DNA from: a virus
Length of the DNA stretch: 64,000 nucleotides
Strand: one strand, 5' to 3'
Virus record (IMG/VR): IMGVR_UViG_3300019776_000657
Span: 15,828-79,827 of that record
Of this stretch, positions 1 through 10,204 are shown one piece after another. The notes beneath the pieces are model-generated. The model was not told the DNA's origin and ran no database searches. It saw nothing but the letters and a program-made list of their open reading frames with translations. Positions within the stretch are counted from its first letter, which is position 1. Each line of letters opens with the position of its first letter. Made by a program: the position numbers and the translations under genes.

Positions 1-1
1 A

Positions 2-526
2 GCAACTGGAGAATCCTACCCTATCAGCCAAGCAAAAGACGACATTGAGCAGTATTTTACTCGCTTCAAGAAGCTCAAGAATTGGCTGGATCAGCGAAAG
101 ACATTCATTGAGACTAATGGGTATACATATTCATTCTTTGGCCGTAAAAGGCGTCTACCAAACGTATTCTCAGCGGACAAAGGAATTGCAGCGCATGAAG
201 TACGTTCGGGAATTAACGCGGAAGTACAAAGCCTAGCCTCAGACGTAAATCTGTTGGGCGCTATGGACACACATGATGAGTTGAAGAGGCTGAAGATGAA
301 GAGTAAAATCTTTATGTTAGTACACGACTCGATTGTGGGATTGGTGCCGGACAGTGAGGTCGAACACTACTGCGAGATCCTAAAGACAATGACTCAAAAA
401 GATCGTGGTTGCGGTATTTTGGGCAGTCCTATTGGTGTTGACCAAGATATCGGCCAAGACTACAGCTTTGACAAATTTGACCAATACTACACACTAGAAA
501 ACGGAATTCTTGTTAAAAATGCTTAA
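2..526 (+). CDS. DNA polymerase family A, C-terminal part (5' truncated by window)
   Basis: Frame 2 is open from base 2: ...YSFFGRKRRLP...GINAEVQSLASD...MLVHDSIV (PolA motifs including motif C VHD); track ORF 254..526 is only its tail. Confidence 0.93.
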   Translation, partial: ATGESYPISQAKDDIEQYFTRFKKLKNWLDQRKTFIETNGYTYSFFGRKRRLPNVFSADKGIAAHEVRSGINAEVQSLASDVNLLGAMDTHDELKRLKMKSKIFMLVHDSIVGLVPDSEVEHYCEILKTMTQKDRGCGILGSPIGVDQDIGQDYSFDKFDQYYTLENGILVKNA

Positions 527-1046
527 TCAAATTCAATTCCCAATCTATCACCTGGGTCAAGACAAGCCCCTCAAGGAGGGTACTCGCTGGTATTACTACT
601 ATGAAGTACACCACAAAGACGGCGAAGTAGACCCTAAAACTGCAATAATCGACGACACCAGTGTCGTGGGTAATTCTCTTGCAATGAGGCGGCTACAATT
701 GAAGAATGTTGGAACCCATCTACACAAGCTGAAGCATGCTGTGTTCTTTTTGGGTGACATGGTAAAGCTAAGCAAGGGTGGAACTTGGTTTATTGACAGT
801 GAAGGGTATGTGTTTGAGTACCGTAAGACTAAAAAGGTTCCATTAGTATTCAAGCCCATCAGTCAGGTAATACCCATGAAGACCGGTGGTGCAGTGATCG
901 AGATTCAGGGCGTGGGTACCAGATTCAAAACTTTGTATGCGCCAAAACCCACTGAAAAATATGCTGGATTATTGTTGGTAGGCACAGGTTATTTACTATA
1001 CGGAGTTTATGAAGAAGAACACCCGTCCACTGTAAGGATGATTTAG
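519..1046 (+). CDS. hypothetical protein between polymerase and D10 helicase
   Basis: ATG at 519 overlaps pol end; same position as a conserved gene in T5-like phages. Confidence 0.75.
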   Translation: MLNQIQFPIYHLGQDKPLKEGTRWYYYYEVHHKDGEVDPKTAIIDDTSVVGNSLAMRRLQLKNVGTHLHKLKHAVFFLGDMVKLSKGGTWFIDSEGYVFEYRKTKKVPLVFKPISQVIPMKTGGAVIEIQGVGTRFKTLYAPKPTEKYAGLLLVGTGYLLYGVYEEEHPSTVRMI

Positions 1047-2353
1047 TGAGTGAAAAACCTAAAGCAATAATAAGCAACAGGATATATCTTAAACCACGTG
1101 ACCAAGCCCACCTAAAACAAATCATGGAAGCTCTTACCTATCGTATTGAATTAAATACAGGTAAAAAGGGCAAAACCAAAAGAATCGAAATCATCAAAAA
1201 CTATAAACTGTTGCCCAGAGATATTGTTAGCATACCTCAGGGTCGTAGGGACTTGATTCCAGAAGGTTGGGAAGTTGTAGACAAACGTGTTACACACGAA
1301 GTACCTTTTCCCAATCCTGTTTACCCACTACGTGACAGTCAACAGCCTGTATATGATCAGGTAGACGATACCTGCTTTATCAATGCACTTGTGGGCTGGG
1401 GCAAGACTTTTACTGCGTTACATTTAGCCCGTAAACTGGGTCAAAAAACACTGGTAATCACACACAATACTTTTTTGCGTGACCAGTGGATAGGCGAAGT
1501 AGAAAGTCTATACGGATTGACTCCTGGTGTAATCGGTGCTGGAGTGTTTGATATTGAAGATCACTTTATTGTGGTGGGAAATATTCAGAGTGTGATCAAA
1601 CACATGACAACTCTAAGCAAAGAGTTTGGCACTGTGATCTTAGACGAGGCTCATCACGTACCAGCCGAAACTTTTGGTGAATTGATAGATGCCATGTACA
1701 GTCGATATCGTATTGCCCTGAGTGGTACTATGGAGAGAACTGACCGCAAGCACGTAGTATTTCGTGACTACTTTGGTGACAAGGTTTACAGACCACCACA
1801 AGCTCACACACTCAACCCAGTCATAAAAGTGGTCAACACAGGACTACACCTTAAAAATGACGGCACTTGGGTAGAAAAGATCAACCAACTGTTATACGAT
1901 GAGGACTATCAAAACTTTATTGCAGCCATGGCTAAAATTCAGATGGGTCATGGTCACAGTGTTTTGATAGTAGCAGACAGAACCGAATTTTTGGAAAGAG
2001 TAAGGGATAAAATTGGAGAAAGTTGCGCGCTTGTTACAGGATCCACTACGTATGAACAACGTAAAATCATCATCGAAGACCTTGAGTGTGAGAAAAAGTT
2101 GTGCGTTGCTGGTAGCCGTCAAATATTTTCAGAAGGAATCTCTGTCAACAGACTGTCATGTGTCATCTTGGCAGTACCAACCTCAAATCCAATCAGTCTA
2201 GAACAGATAATTGGACGAATCATGAGACTACACCCAAATAAACCAGATCCAGTAGTTTTAGACATATGTTTTGCTAGCGGCCCTGAGCGTCGGCAGGCTG
2301 CTTTAAGACTGGGTTTCTACATGGACAAGGGCTGGACAGTAGACAAACTGTAA
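1046..2353 (+). CDS. D10: SF2 DEAH-box helicase, T5 D10-like
   Basis: GWGKT Walker A, DEAHH, SGT, QIIGRIMR motifs; synteny. Confidence 0.92.
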   Translation: MSEKPKAIISNRIYLKPRDQAHLKQIMEALTYRIELNTGKKGKTKRIEIIKNYKLLPRDIVSIPQGRRDLIPEGWEVVDKRVTHEVPFPNPVYPLRDSQQPVYDQVDDTCFINALVGWGKTFTALHLARKLGQKTLVITHNTFLRDQWIGEVESLYGLTPGVIGAGVFDIEDHFIVVGNIQSVIKHMTTLSKEFGTVILDEAHHVPAETFGELIDAMYSRYRIALSGTMERTDRKHVVFRDYFGDKVYRPPQAHTLNPVIKVVNTGLHLKNDGTWVEKINQLLYDEDYQNFIAAMAKIQMGHGHSVLIVADRTEFLERVRDKIGESCALVTGSTTYEQRKIIIEDLECEKKLCVAGSRQIFSEGISVNRLSCVILAVPTSNPISLEQIIGRIMRLHPNKPDPVVLDICFASGPERRQAALRLGFYMDKGWTVDKL

Positions 2354-2371
2354 GGCAAAATAAATTTTGAC

Positions 2372-2400
2372 TTGCGCATACATAGTGTAAATGCTATAAT
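2372..2400 (+). promoter_or_regulatory. sigma70-type promoter
   Basis: TTGCGC-N17-TATAAT with TGn extension and AT-rich upstream tract. Confidence 0.7.
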
Positions 2401-2420
2401 AATTGTTCTTAAGGCAAATA

Positions 2421-2837
2421 ATGGCTTTATTTTTTAATTTAGAAGTTCTGGAGCGGGAAGCTGCAGGTGACCCCGATAAATTCCTAGCATTGCTTAACTA
2501 TCATCATCGTGGCAGCATCCCCTCTAACTCTAAAACTAAATATAAACCTAGTAAATCATCGCTAAAAGGCACCAGTTACATACTGAATCCTGATCCTGTA
2601 TTGAATCTAGAAAACATAGACCCTGGTTACAGAACACAATACATAAGACTGGCAGGAAGACGTAACTGGTTCCTATATAAAACACACGGCGTAATAACAC
2701 TAGACAGATCGTTTTTTCCTGATCTCTTGATCGAAAAAATAAAGCACAATCCATTATTAATTATTGAAACCAATCTAATCAAATTTAAATACGAGGAAAT
2801 ATACAATGGCTCTAAAGTTTGGCGACACAAAGGGTAA
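2421..2837 (+). CDS. hypothetical protein upstream of D11
   Basis: ATG 2421 downstream of promoter; synteny with T5-like phages. Confidence 0.7.
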   Translation: MALFFNLEVLEREAAGDPDKFLALLNYHHRGSIPSNSKTKYKPSKSSLKGTSYILNPDPVLNLENIDPGYRTQYIRLAGRRNWFLYKTHGVITLDRSFFPDLLIEKIKHNPLLIIETNLIKFKYEEIYNGSKVWRHKG

Positions 2838-3441
2838 GGCAGCAAAGAAGTCAGTTGAGGCCTATGAGTACAAAGACGGCGAAAACACAGTTCGACTGAT
2901 TGGTGGTGTACTACCCCGATATGTGTACTGGTTGAAGGGTACAAACAACAAGGATATTCCTATTGAGTGTTTGGCCTTTGACCGTGAAAAAGAGAAGTTT
3001 ACCAATGTAGAAATGGACCATGTTCCAAACTACTTCTCTGACAAGCGTTGCAGTTGGGCATACTCCATCAACTGTATCGATCCTAAAGATGGCAAAGTCA
3101 AGGCGCTGAACTTGAAGAAGAAGCTGTTCGAACAGATTCTTAGCGCAGCAGAAGACTTGGGCGATCCTACGGACTATGACAGTGGATGGGATGTTGTATT
3201 CAAGCGTCAAAAGACCGGTCCTCTACCTTTCAATGTAGAGTACAATCTTAGTGTATTGAAGTGCAAGCGTCGTTCTTTGACACCAGAAGAGCGTGGCCTA
3301 GCAGATGTTGCCGAAGACATTGACAGCAAGTTCCCTCGTCCATCTCCAGAAGAAGTCAAGGCTGCCCTAGAGAAGTTGGTGGCTGGCTCCGTTGCTGAAG
3401 ACGAAGCTGTTGACGATGAATCTATCAAAGAACTAGGTTAA
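2806..3441 (+). CDS. D11: T5 D11-like putative ssDNA-binding protein
   Basis: GAGGA RBS; VRLIGGVLPRYVYW and GDPTDYDSGWDVVFKR motifs, acidic C-tail. Confidence 0.85.
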   Translation: MALKFGDTKGKAAKKSVEAYEYKDGENTVRLIGGVLPRYVYWLKGTNNKDIPIECLAFDREKEKFTNVEMDHVPNYFSDKRCSWAYSINCIDPKDGKVKALNLKKKLFEQILSAAEDLGDPTDYDSGWDVVFKRQKTGPLPFNVEYNLSVLKCKRRSLTPEERGLADVAEDIDSKFPRPSPEEVKAALEKLVAGSVAEDEAVDDESIKELG

Positions 3442-3443
3442 TC

Positions 3444-3480
3444 AAAAAGCCCCTAAGACGTTGAACTCTTAGGGGCTTTT
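3444..3480 (+). terminator. intrinsic terminator
   Basis: AAAAGCCCCTAAGA/TCTTAGGGGCTTTT hairpin. Confidence 0.85.
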
Positions 3481-3494
3481 CTCACTGAGGAATT

Positions 3495-4460
3495 ATGAAA
3501 TTACTATTTACTGCCGATATCCACATAAAATTGGGTCAAAAGAGTGTTCCTATTGATTGGGCTAAAAATCGGTATGAAATCATGATGGATCAATTGTGGG
3601 AGATTCAGGAAAGCTGTGATGCAATGATTGTTGGTGGAGACCTATTCGACAAGTTACCCAACATGGAGGAGCTTGAAGTTTACTTTGACTTTGTAGCCAG
3701 CTGTAAGATTCCTACTTATATCTACAGTGGCAATCATGAAGCAGTCAAAAAGAATACTACTTTTTTGACTAATCTTAAGAGTGCCACCACCAGGATCAAT
3801 ACTCAAGTATCAATAGTAGATGACTACTGGCACAAACTGCCAGGTATTGATATTATTCCTTATAATAAATTGAAGGAATGGGAAAAAGATCCTGACAATA
3901 CTTTTTATAGTACCCACAACCGAATACTTTGTACTCACGTCAGAGGAGAGATTCCACCACATGTTAAACCTGAAATACCTCTTGAAATGTTTGATCGCTG
4001 GAGTGTGGTTTTGGCCGGGGATCTTCACTCTTACGACAATTGCCAGCGTAATATTCTTTACCCTGGTAGTCCAGTTACCACTAGTTTTCATCGCAACCAT
4101 GTTGATACCGGCGTTATTGTTATGGATACTGATACTCTGGAACATACTTGGGTAAAACTAAAAGTACCACAACTTATTCGCAAGACTGTTAAAGCAGGTG
4201 AACCCATGGTTGCCACAGAGTATGATCACACCATCTATGAAGTAGAAGGTGACATGAGTGAACTGAGTGGCGTAGAAGACAGCCACTTAATCGACAAAAA
4301 GATTGTTAAACGAGAAACAGACACTGCACTGATCTTGGCTCCAGAACTTACACTAAACGAAGAAGTTGCAGAATACCTACGATATGTCTTACAGTTAAAT
4401 GAAGACTCCATATCAAAAGCACTACAGGAATTGACTAACAATGCAGAAAGACTTATTTAA
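3495..4460 (+). CDS. D12: SbcD/Mre11-like nuclease, T5 D12-like
   Basis: ADIH, GGDLFD, GNHE, GDLH metallophosphoesterase motifs. Confidence 0.93.
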   Translation: MKLLFTADIHIKLGQKSVPIDWAKNRYEIMMDQLWEIQESCDAMIVGGDLFDKLPNMEELEVYFDFVASCKIPTYIYSGNHEAVKKNTTFLTNLKSATTRINTQVSIVDDYWHKLPGIDIIPYNKLKEWEKDPDNTFYSTHNRILCTHVRGEIPPHVKPEIPLEMFDRWSVVLAGDLHSYDNCQRNILYPGSPVTTSFHRNHVDTGVIVMDTDTLEHTWVKLKVPQLIRKTVKAGEPMVATEYDHTIYEVEGDMSELSGVEDSHLIDKKIVKRETDTALILAPELTLNEEVAEYLRYVLQLNEDSISKALQELTNNAERLI

Positions 4461-4695
4461 TACAGCCACAGTCTACAGCCAACACGGTTGTACTGCGTGT
4501 GACACAGCTGTGGCCTTGCTAAAAAGAAAAGATTATGTGGTAGAAGTTCGCAAGATTGGTGAGGGCGAAGCCTGGTCTAAAAAGGACTTGTTAGATGCTG
4601 TTCCCAATGCTAGAAGTGTACCACAGATTTTTATTAATAACAATCATATTGGAGGTCTTCCTCAACTACAAGAGTTTTTGAAGAACATTCAATGA
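4441..4695 (+). CDS. glutaredoxin
   Basis: CTAC, SVPQIFI, IGG motifs. Confidence 0.9.
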   Translation: MQKDLFNTATVYSQHGCTACDTAVALLKRKDYVVEVRKIGEGEAWSKKDLLDAVPNARSVPQIFINNNHIGGLPQLQEFLKNIQ

Positions 4696-6491
4696 TTACA
4701 CTAAAAACAATGAGGTGGAGCAATCTATTTAGTTATGGTGAAAATAACCAGATTGACTTCAGCAACAGTCCACTAACACAAATTGTGGGGAGTAATGGAC
4801 ATGGCAAGAGCAGTATTGCCTTAATACTAGAAGAGGTATTGTACAATAAAAACTCCAAAGGCATCAAAAAAGCAGACATTTTAAATAGAAATGTAAAGAG
4901 CAAGAATTACACCATCGAACTGGACTTTGATAAAGATGGTGAAAGTTACACCATTAAAACAGTTCGTGGTACAACACAGAATGTTAAACTGACTTGTTCT
5001 GGTGAAGACATTAGCAGTCACACTTCTACTGCAACCTACAAAACCATTGAAGAATTGATAGGCTATGACCACAAGACTTTTTGTCAGATAGTTTATCAAA
5101 GCAGTGCAGCCAGCTTAGAGTTTTTAACTGCCACCGACGGCAATCGTAAAAAGTTCTTGATTGACCTACTCAACCTGAGTAAGTATGTTGAATTGGGTGA
5201 TGTATTCAAGGACTTGGCAAAAGGTGTAGATAGTGCAGTTACTACAGCCAATGCTAAAATTGCAACCTGTACAGACTGGTTAAAAAAGTACAAGAGTGTA
5301 GACTTAACAAAACAACAGGTATTAGAGGTTCCTGAGCAACCAAAAGAGTTGGAAGACAGTTGTCAGGAAACCAAAAATACTATCAGAGATATTGAAGCCA
5401 AAAATAAGACTATTGTACAAAACAACAAGTATAAAGAATTATTGGATGGATTGGTAGTAAAACCTGTAGGTGCAAAACCGGGCAGTGAACTGTCAAACTA
5501 TACAACAGAAAAGATTGAACTAACAAAAACAGTCAAAGACTGTGACGTGTTTATTTCAAAAATGGCAAAATTAGGAAGTGTTTGTCCTACTTGTCTACAA
5601 GACATTGACAAACACAAAATTGATGACTTATTAAATGAACAAAAGTCATCAAAGAATTATGCCAATATTAGAATTCAAGAACTAGAATCCATGATTAAAC
5701 ATCTAGAGCTTGAAGTCAAGGAATGGAACAAATTAAATGAGGTCAAGGAACTGTATGAAGAATATCATGCACTATATGATCCCAATATCAGCAATGTTAT
5801 CTTAGACAAGAAAACCCTAGAAGACACCATCAAGGTTACAGAGAGCACAATTCAGGAGATCAAAGATAACATCAAAAAGGTTGTAGACAGCAATAACAAG
5901 GTAGTTGCTCACAATGCAAAAGTAGATGTTATCTTAAGCCAGCTAGAAGAGATGGAATCTAGCTTAGTTAGTCACCAAGAAGAACTAAGACAAGCCAATG
6001 ATAAGTTGAGCACTCTTCAAGTATTAGTAAAAACTTTTAGTCCTACAGGCTTGGTGGCTTATAAGATTGAGTGTTTGGTCAAAGACTTGGAGTCTACTAC
6101 AAATGAGTACTTAGGCGAATTGAGTGGTGGACGCTTTCAGTTGGGTTTCAGAATTGCAGGCAGTGATAAGTTGAACGTAGTTATCACAGATCAAGGCAAA
6201 GACATTGAGATCCTAGCACTGAGTGGTGGCGAAAGAGCCAGAGTAAATGCAGCAGCACTGTTAGGCATTCGCAAACTGATGCAGAGTTTGAGCAATACCA
6301 GAATCAATTTATTGATACTAGACGAGACTATTGAAAACTTGGACATTGAAGGCAAAGAAAAACTTGTTGAGGTATTGCTACAAGAAGAATACTTAAATAC
6401 GTTTGTTATCAGTCACGGATTCCAACATCCTCTCCTAGAAAAGATAACTGTAGTAAAACAAAATAACATTTCTAGGATTGAGAATGGTTGA
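4692..6491 (+). CDS. D13: SbcC/Rad50-like ATPase, T5 D13-like
   Basis: GSNGHGKSS Walker A, CPTC zinc hook, LSGGE signature, LLILDE Walker B. Confidence 0.94.
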   Translation: MITLKTMRWSNLFSYGENNQIDFSNSPLTQIVGSNGHGKSSIALILEEVLYNKNSKGIKKADILNRNVKSKNYTIELDFDKDGESYTIKTVRGTTQNVKLTCSGEDISSHTSTATYKTIEELIGYDHKTFCQIVYQSSAASLEFLTATDGNRKKFLIDLLNLSKYVELGDVFKDLAKGVDSAVTTANAKIATCTDWLKKYKSVDLTKQQVLEVPEQPKELEDSCQETKNTIRDIEAKNKTIVQNNKYKELLDGLVVKPVGAKPGSELSNYTTEKIELTKTVKDCDVFISKMAKLGSVCPTCLQDIDKHKIDDLLNEQKSSKNYANIRIQELESMIKHLELEVKEWNKLNEVKELYEEYHALYDPNISNVILDKKTLEDTIKVTESTIQEIKDNIKKVVDSNNKVVAHNAKVDVILSQLEEMESSLVSHQEELRQANDKLSTLQVLVKTFSPTGLVAYKIECLVKDLESTTNEYLGELSGGRFQLGFRIAGSDKLNVVITDQGKDIEILALSGGERARVNAAALLGIRKLMQSLSNTRINLLILDETIENLDIEGKEKLVEVLLQEEYLNTFVISHGFQHPLLEKITVVKQNNISRIENG

Positions 6492-6936
6492 CAGCAGAGA
6501 CAAAGGTAGCAGAGCGGAAACTGCTGTAAAAAAGACCCTAAAAGATCTCACAGGATTAGACTGGCAGCGTACTCCTGGTAGTGGTGCCCTAGATGCCAAA
6601 CACTTGATGAAGGGCGACCTATATCTTCCAGGTGTTGGCAATGTGTTTTGTGTAGAAGTAAAGCATTATCAAGACGATCATCTTACCAGCAAAATCTTAA
6701 CAGATAAAACTCCACAACTGTTTCACTGGTGGGAACAGTGCAAACGCCAAGCAGATCAGGTAAACCGCGAGCCGTTGCTCGTATTTAAGTTTGATCGTAG
6801 CAAAATGTTTTGCGCTTTTGAACTGATGCCAAATAGTCACTTGCCGTTTATGTATGTAAGCCGCAATGGTTTTGAGTTTTATGTGGCAGTGTTAGAGGAC
6901 TGGATCAAGATGGAACGTCCGCAATTTGTATGTTGA
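6484..6936 (+). CDS. D14: T5 D14-like PD-(D/E)XK nuclease
   Basis: SRDKG..AE, RTPGSGA, KGD..EVK motifs; synteny. Confidence 0.85.
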   Translation: MVDSRDKGSRAETAVKKTLKDLTGLDWQRTPGSGALDAKHLMKGDLYLPGVGNVFCVEVKHYQDDHLTSKILTDKTPQLFHWWEQCKRQADQVNREPLLVFKFDRSKMFCAFELMPNSHLPFMYVSRNGFEFYVAVLEDWIKMERPQFVC

Positions 6937-6961
6937 ATGTCACTATTCAATATTATATAAT
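6933..6961 (+). promoter_or_regulatory. sigma70-type promoter of D15
   Basis: TTGAAT-N17-TATAAT. Confidence 0.7.
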
Positions 6962-6984
6962 AGTAGATTAACTAAACAATCAAC

Positions 6985-7836
6985 ATGAGTATTGAATTCA
7001 ACAAAGTACAAGAGCTAGAATCAAACACTGCCCTAGTGGTGGACTGTCTCAATCTGGGTTTTCGATGGAAGCACAGTGGCGATACCGACTTCCTAGACAA
7101 CTATTTGAGAACAGTGGACAGCTTACGCAAGAGCTATAAAGCTGGTAAGGTTATCCTAACCTGTGACAGTGGTAGTAGTAGCTATCGTAAAGCTATTTAT
7201 CCTGACTACAAACAAAACCGCAAAGACAAGTTTGATCAGCAAACTCCAGAAGAGCAATTGGCTTTTGAACGATTCTTTACAGAGTTTAACCGTGTAATGG
7301 ATCACTATAAGAGTTCCTCAAAGCACCCACTATTTCGTTTTGAAAAGTGTGAAGCAGACGATATTGCTGCTTACATTGTGAAATACCGCAAAAAGCTGGG
7401 CATTGATAAAGTGGTCTTGATCTCTAGTGACAGAGACTGGGACTTGTTAATCAGTGAGGATGTAATGCGGTTTAGTTACGTTACACGCAAAGAAATTACA
7501 TGGGAAAATTGGAACGAACATTATGAGTACAACCCTGCTGATCATATTAGTATCAAGTGCCTTACTGGCGATTCCGGTGATAACATTCCTGGTGTGGCCG
7601 GAATTGGTCCGAAAAAGGCGCAAACTCTGGTATCTACTTATGGCAGTACCTGGGATATCATTGCTAATTTGCCAATTGTTAGTCGTTATAAATATGTTCA
7701 AAGTCTTAACGAGTTCGGGGCTGATGCCTTGATGTTAAACTACAAACTAATGGACCTGCTAGAATTCTGTGACGAAGCATTGGGTCCAACAAACTGCGAA
7801 ACCATTAATACCACACTCTTAAATTATGCTAATTAA
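6985..7836 (+). CDS. D15: flap endonuclease/5'-3' exonuclease, T5 D15-like
   Basis: YPDYKQNR, EADD, SSDRD, GDSGDNIPGVAGIGPK motifs. Confidence 0.95.
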   Translation: MSIEFNKVQELESNTALVVDCLNLGFRWKHSGDTDFLDNYLRTVDSLRKSYKAGKVILTCDSGSSSYRKAIYPDYKQNRKDKFDQQTPEEQLAFERFFTEFNRVMDHYKSSSKHPLFRFEKCEADDIAAYIVKYRKKLGIDKVVLISSDRDWDLLISEDVMRFSYVTRKEITWENWNEHYEYNPADHISIKCLTGDSGDNIPGVAGIGPKKAQTLVSTYGSTWDIIANLPIVSRYKYVQSLNEFGADALMLNYKLMDLLEFCDEALGPTNCETINTTLLNYAN

Positions 7837-8269
7837 ACTAGAACATCCAGCATGTATGCCTACTCGCAGCAACCCCACAGATGCTGGATTGGACTTACGA
7901 GCTAAAACTACAACTACTCTGCAAATGGGTAAAAGAACACTGGTACCTACTGGTGTAAGCGTAAAAATTCCTGTAAATAATGTGGGATTGCTGTTTCCAC
8001 GTAGCTCACTGAGCAAACAGGGTATTACAATGACCAATTCGGTTGGTGTAATTGACAGTGATTATCGTGGCGAAATCATGGCTTCACTCATGTTTAATGG
8101 GGTCCCAGGAAATTGTAACGAATTAGAATTGCCAGCTGGCGAACGAATTGTTCAGCTGGTTATAGTTCCAATTGTTATTCCAATGCTGGAAGTAATGGAT
8201 TGGTCAGAAAACGAATGGAATGACACACAACGCGGTACTGGCGGATTTGGCAGTACTGGAAAGGCTTAA
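7826..8269 (+). CDS. dut: dUTPase
   Basis: AGLDL, RSS, GVIDSDYRGE, RGTGGFGSTG. Confidence 0.97.
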   Translation: MLIKLEHPACMPTRSNPTDAGLDLRAKTTTTLQMGKRTLVPTGVSVKIPVNNVGLLFPRSSLSKQGITMTNSVGVIDSDYRGEIMASLMFNGVPGNCNELELPAGERIVQLVIVPIVIPMLEVMDWSENEWNDTQRGTGGFGSTGKA

Positions 8270-8271
8270 AT

Positions 8272-10128
8272 ATGGACGACAAACAAGCATTGGCAGATAT
8301 TACAGTATTTAACAAATACGCTCGATTTGATCACAGCTTAAATAGGCGCGAAAATTGGAGTGAAATTGTTACTCGCAATATGAATATGCACAAAACTAAG
8401 TATCCGCATATGAGTAGCAAAATCGATGAAGTCTATAAGGAATTTGTTTATACCAAGAAGGTATTACCATCCATGAGGTCACTGCAATTTGGTGGCAAAC
8501 CTATTTTGATGGCAGAAAACAGAATTTTCAACTGCGCATATATGCCTGCAGAATCTACAAAATTTTTTAGTGAACTTATGTTTCTACTTTTAGGTGGAAC
8601 AGGTGTTGGATACTCTGTACAAAGTCGACACATAAATAAGTTGCCAAAAATTAAAGCTCCTGAAAGCGATAATGAATACAAGTATCAAATTCAAGATAGT
8701 ATTGTAGGCTGGAGTGATGCAGTAAAAGTAGTATGTAAAGCGTTTTTTAATGCAGGTACTTTGCCTGTGTTTGACTACAGAGACATTCGCGAAAAAGGTG
8801 CTGATTTAATTACAACCGGAGGTCAAGCTCCGGGACCAGATCCTCTCAGAACTTGTATCGAAAATATGATTCCTATTTTTAGGAATGCCGTTGGACGTAG
8901 GTTGAAACCTGTAGAAGTACACGATTTGGCATGTATTATTGCTGATGCTGTATTAGCAGGAGGTATTCGTAGAGCTGCAATGATTTGCCTATTTGACAGA
9001 TTTGATGAAGAAATGTTAACTTGCAAATCCGGAGAATGGTGGAAAAATTATCCTGCCAGAGCACGCGCAAATAATTCTGCTGTACTACCACGAGGGGAGG
9101 TATCAGAACAAGAATTTAAATTGTTAATGAAGAGGGTAGAACAAAGTGGGTGCGGCGAGCCAGGAGTTTATTGGACTAACAATAAAGACTGGGGAACAAA
9201 TCCATGTTGTGAAATTGCTCTACGTCCCTACCAGATGTGTAATTTAACAGAAATTAATGCGGGCGCTATTAATTCTCAAAAAGACTTTAATAAAGTAAGT
9301 CGTGCAGCTAGTTTTATTGGTACATTGCAAGCAGGATATACAGATTTTCACTATCTAAATCCAAAATGGAAAATTGCTTGTGAAAAGGATGCTCTATTAG
9401 GTGTGTCCATGACTGGAATTGCCAGCGGAACTATTGAACAATTGGATAGTACTTGGGCTTCGGAAGAGGCTGTTGAGCAAAATAGAGAAACTGCGAGAGA
9501 TATTGGTATTAATCCAGCTGCTCGTACAACTACTGTCAAACCAGCAGGTACTACTAGCTTAGTATTAGGAACTAGTAGTGGTATTCATGCTTGGCATGCC
9601 CCATACTACATACGTCGTATGAGAGCCGGCAAAGATGAGGCTTTAGCTAAGTATATGAGTATTGCTGCACCTGAGCTTGTAGAACAAGATGTAATGAATG
9701 ACAAGCAGGTTGTATTAAGCTTTCCCCAAAAAGCTCCAGAGAATGCTAAAGTACGTACCGAATCAATGTTTAGCCTACTTGAACGAGTAAAACATGTAAG
9801 CCAAAGCTGGGTAGCTCCTGGACATACTGAGGGAGATAACAAACACAACGTATCTTGTACTATTTCTGTTAAAGACAACGAGTGGATACCTCTAACAGAA
9901 TGGATGTGGAAAAATAGAGAGTACTACAACGGTATATCAGTACTTCCGTACTTTGGGGCAGAAGCGTATCCACAACTGCCTTTTGAAGACATCACCAAAG
10001 AACAGTATGAAAAACTGCTGCCTTTCCTGAAAAATATTGATATTAGTCAGGTTTTTGAGAACAATGGGCGCTCAGTAGATCTTGCAAGTGAACTAGCCTG
10101 TAGTGGCGGAGCTTGCGAAATATTGTAA
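8272..10128 (+). CDS. nrdJ: class II (adenosylcobalamin-dependent) ribonucleotide reductase
   Basis: FNCAY, TNPCCEI, CNLTE, TVKPAGT, C-terminal CSGGAC; no beta subunit next to it. Confidence 0.85.
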   Translation: MDDKQALADITVFNKYARFDHSLNRRENWSEIVTRNMNMHKTKYPHMSSKIDEVYKEFVYTKKVLPSMRSLQFGGKPILMAENRIFNCAYMPAESTKFFSELMFLLLGGTGVGYSVQSRHINKLPKIKAPESDNEYKYQIQDSIVGWSDAVKVVCKAFFNAGTLPVFDYRDIREKGADLITTGGQAPGPDPLRTCIENMIPIFRNAVGRRLKPVEVHDLACIIADAVLAGGIRRAAMICLFDRFDEEMLTCKSGEWWKNYPARARANNSAVLPRGEVSEQEFKLLMKRVEQSGCGEPGVYWTNNKDWGTNPCCEIALRPYQMCNLTEINAGAINSQKDFNKVSRAASFIGTLQAGYTDFHYLNPKWKIACEKDALLGVSMTGIASGTIEQLDSTWASEEAVEQNRETARDIGINPAARTTTVKPAGTTSLVLGTSSGIHAWHAPYYIRRMRAGKDEALAKYMSIAAPELVEQDVMNDKQVVLSFPQKAPENAKVRTESMFSLLERVKHVSQSWVAPGHTEGDNKHNVSCTISVKDNEWIPLTEWMWKNREYYNGISVLPYFGAEAYPQLPFEDITKEQYEKLLPFLKNIDISQVFENNGRSVDLASELACSGGACEIL

Positions 10129-10146
10129 AGCAAAATAAATTTGTAC

Positions 10147-10175
10147 TTGTCTCTACAAAGCATCCATGCTATAAT
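10147..10175 (+). promoter_or_regulatory. sigma70-type promoter of GIY-YIG gene
   Basis: TTGTCT-N17-TATAAT with TGn. Confidence 0.7.
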
Positions 10176-10204
10176 TGATGGATAATTTGAGGGGACAGGT
10201 ATTT

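Noticed and set aside
45-236. 63-aa ORF
   Set aside because: Out-of-frame shadow inside the polymerase gene
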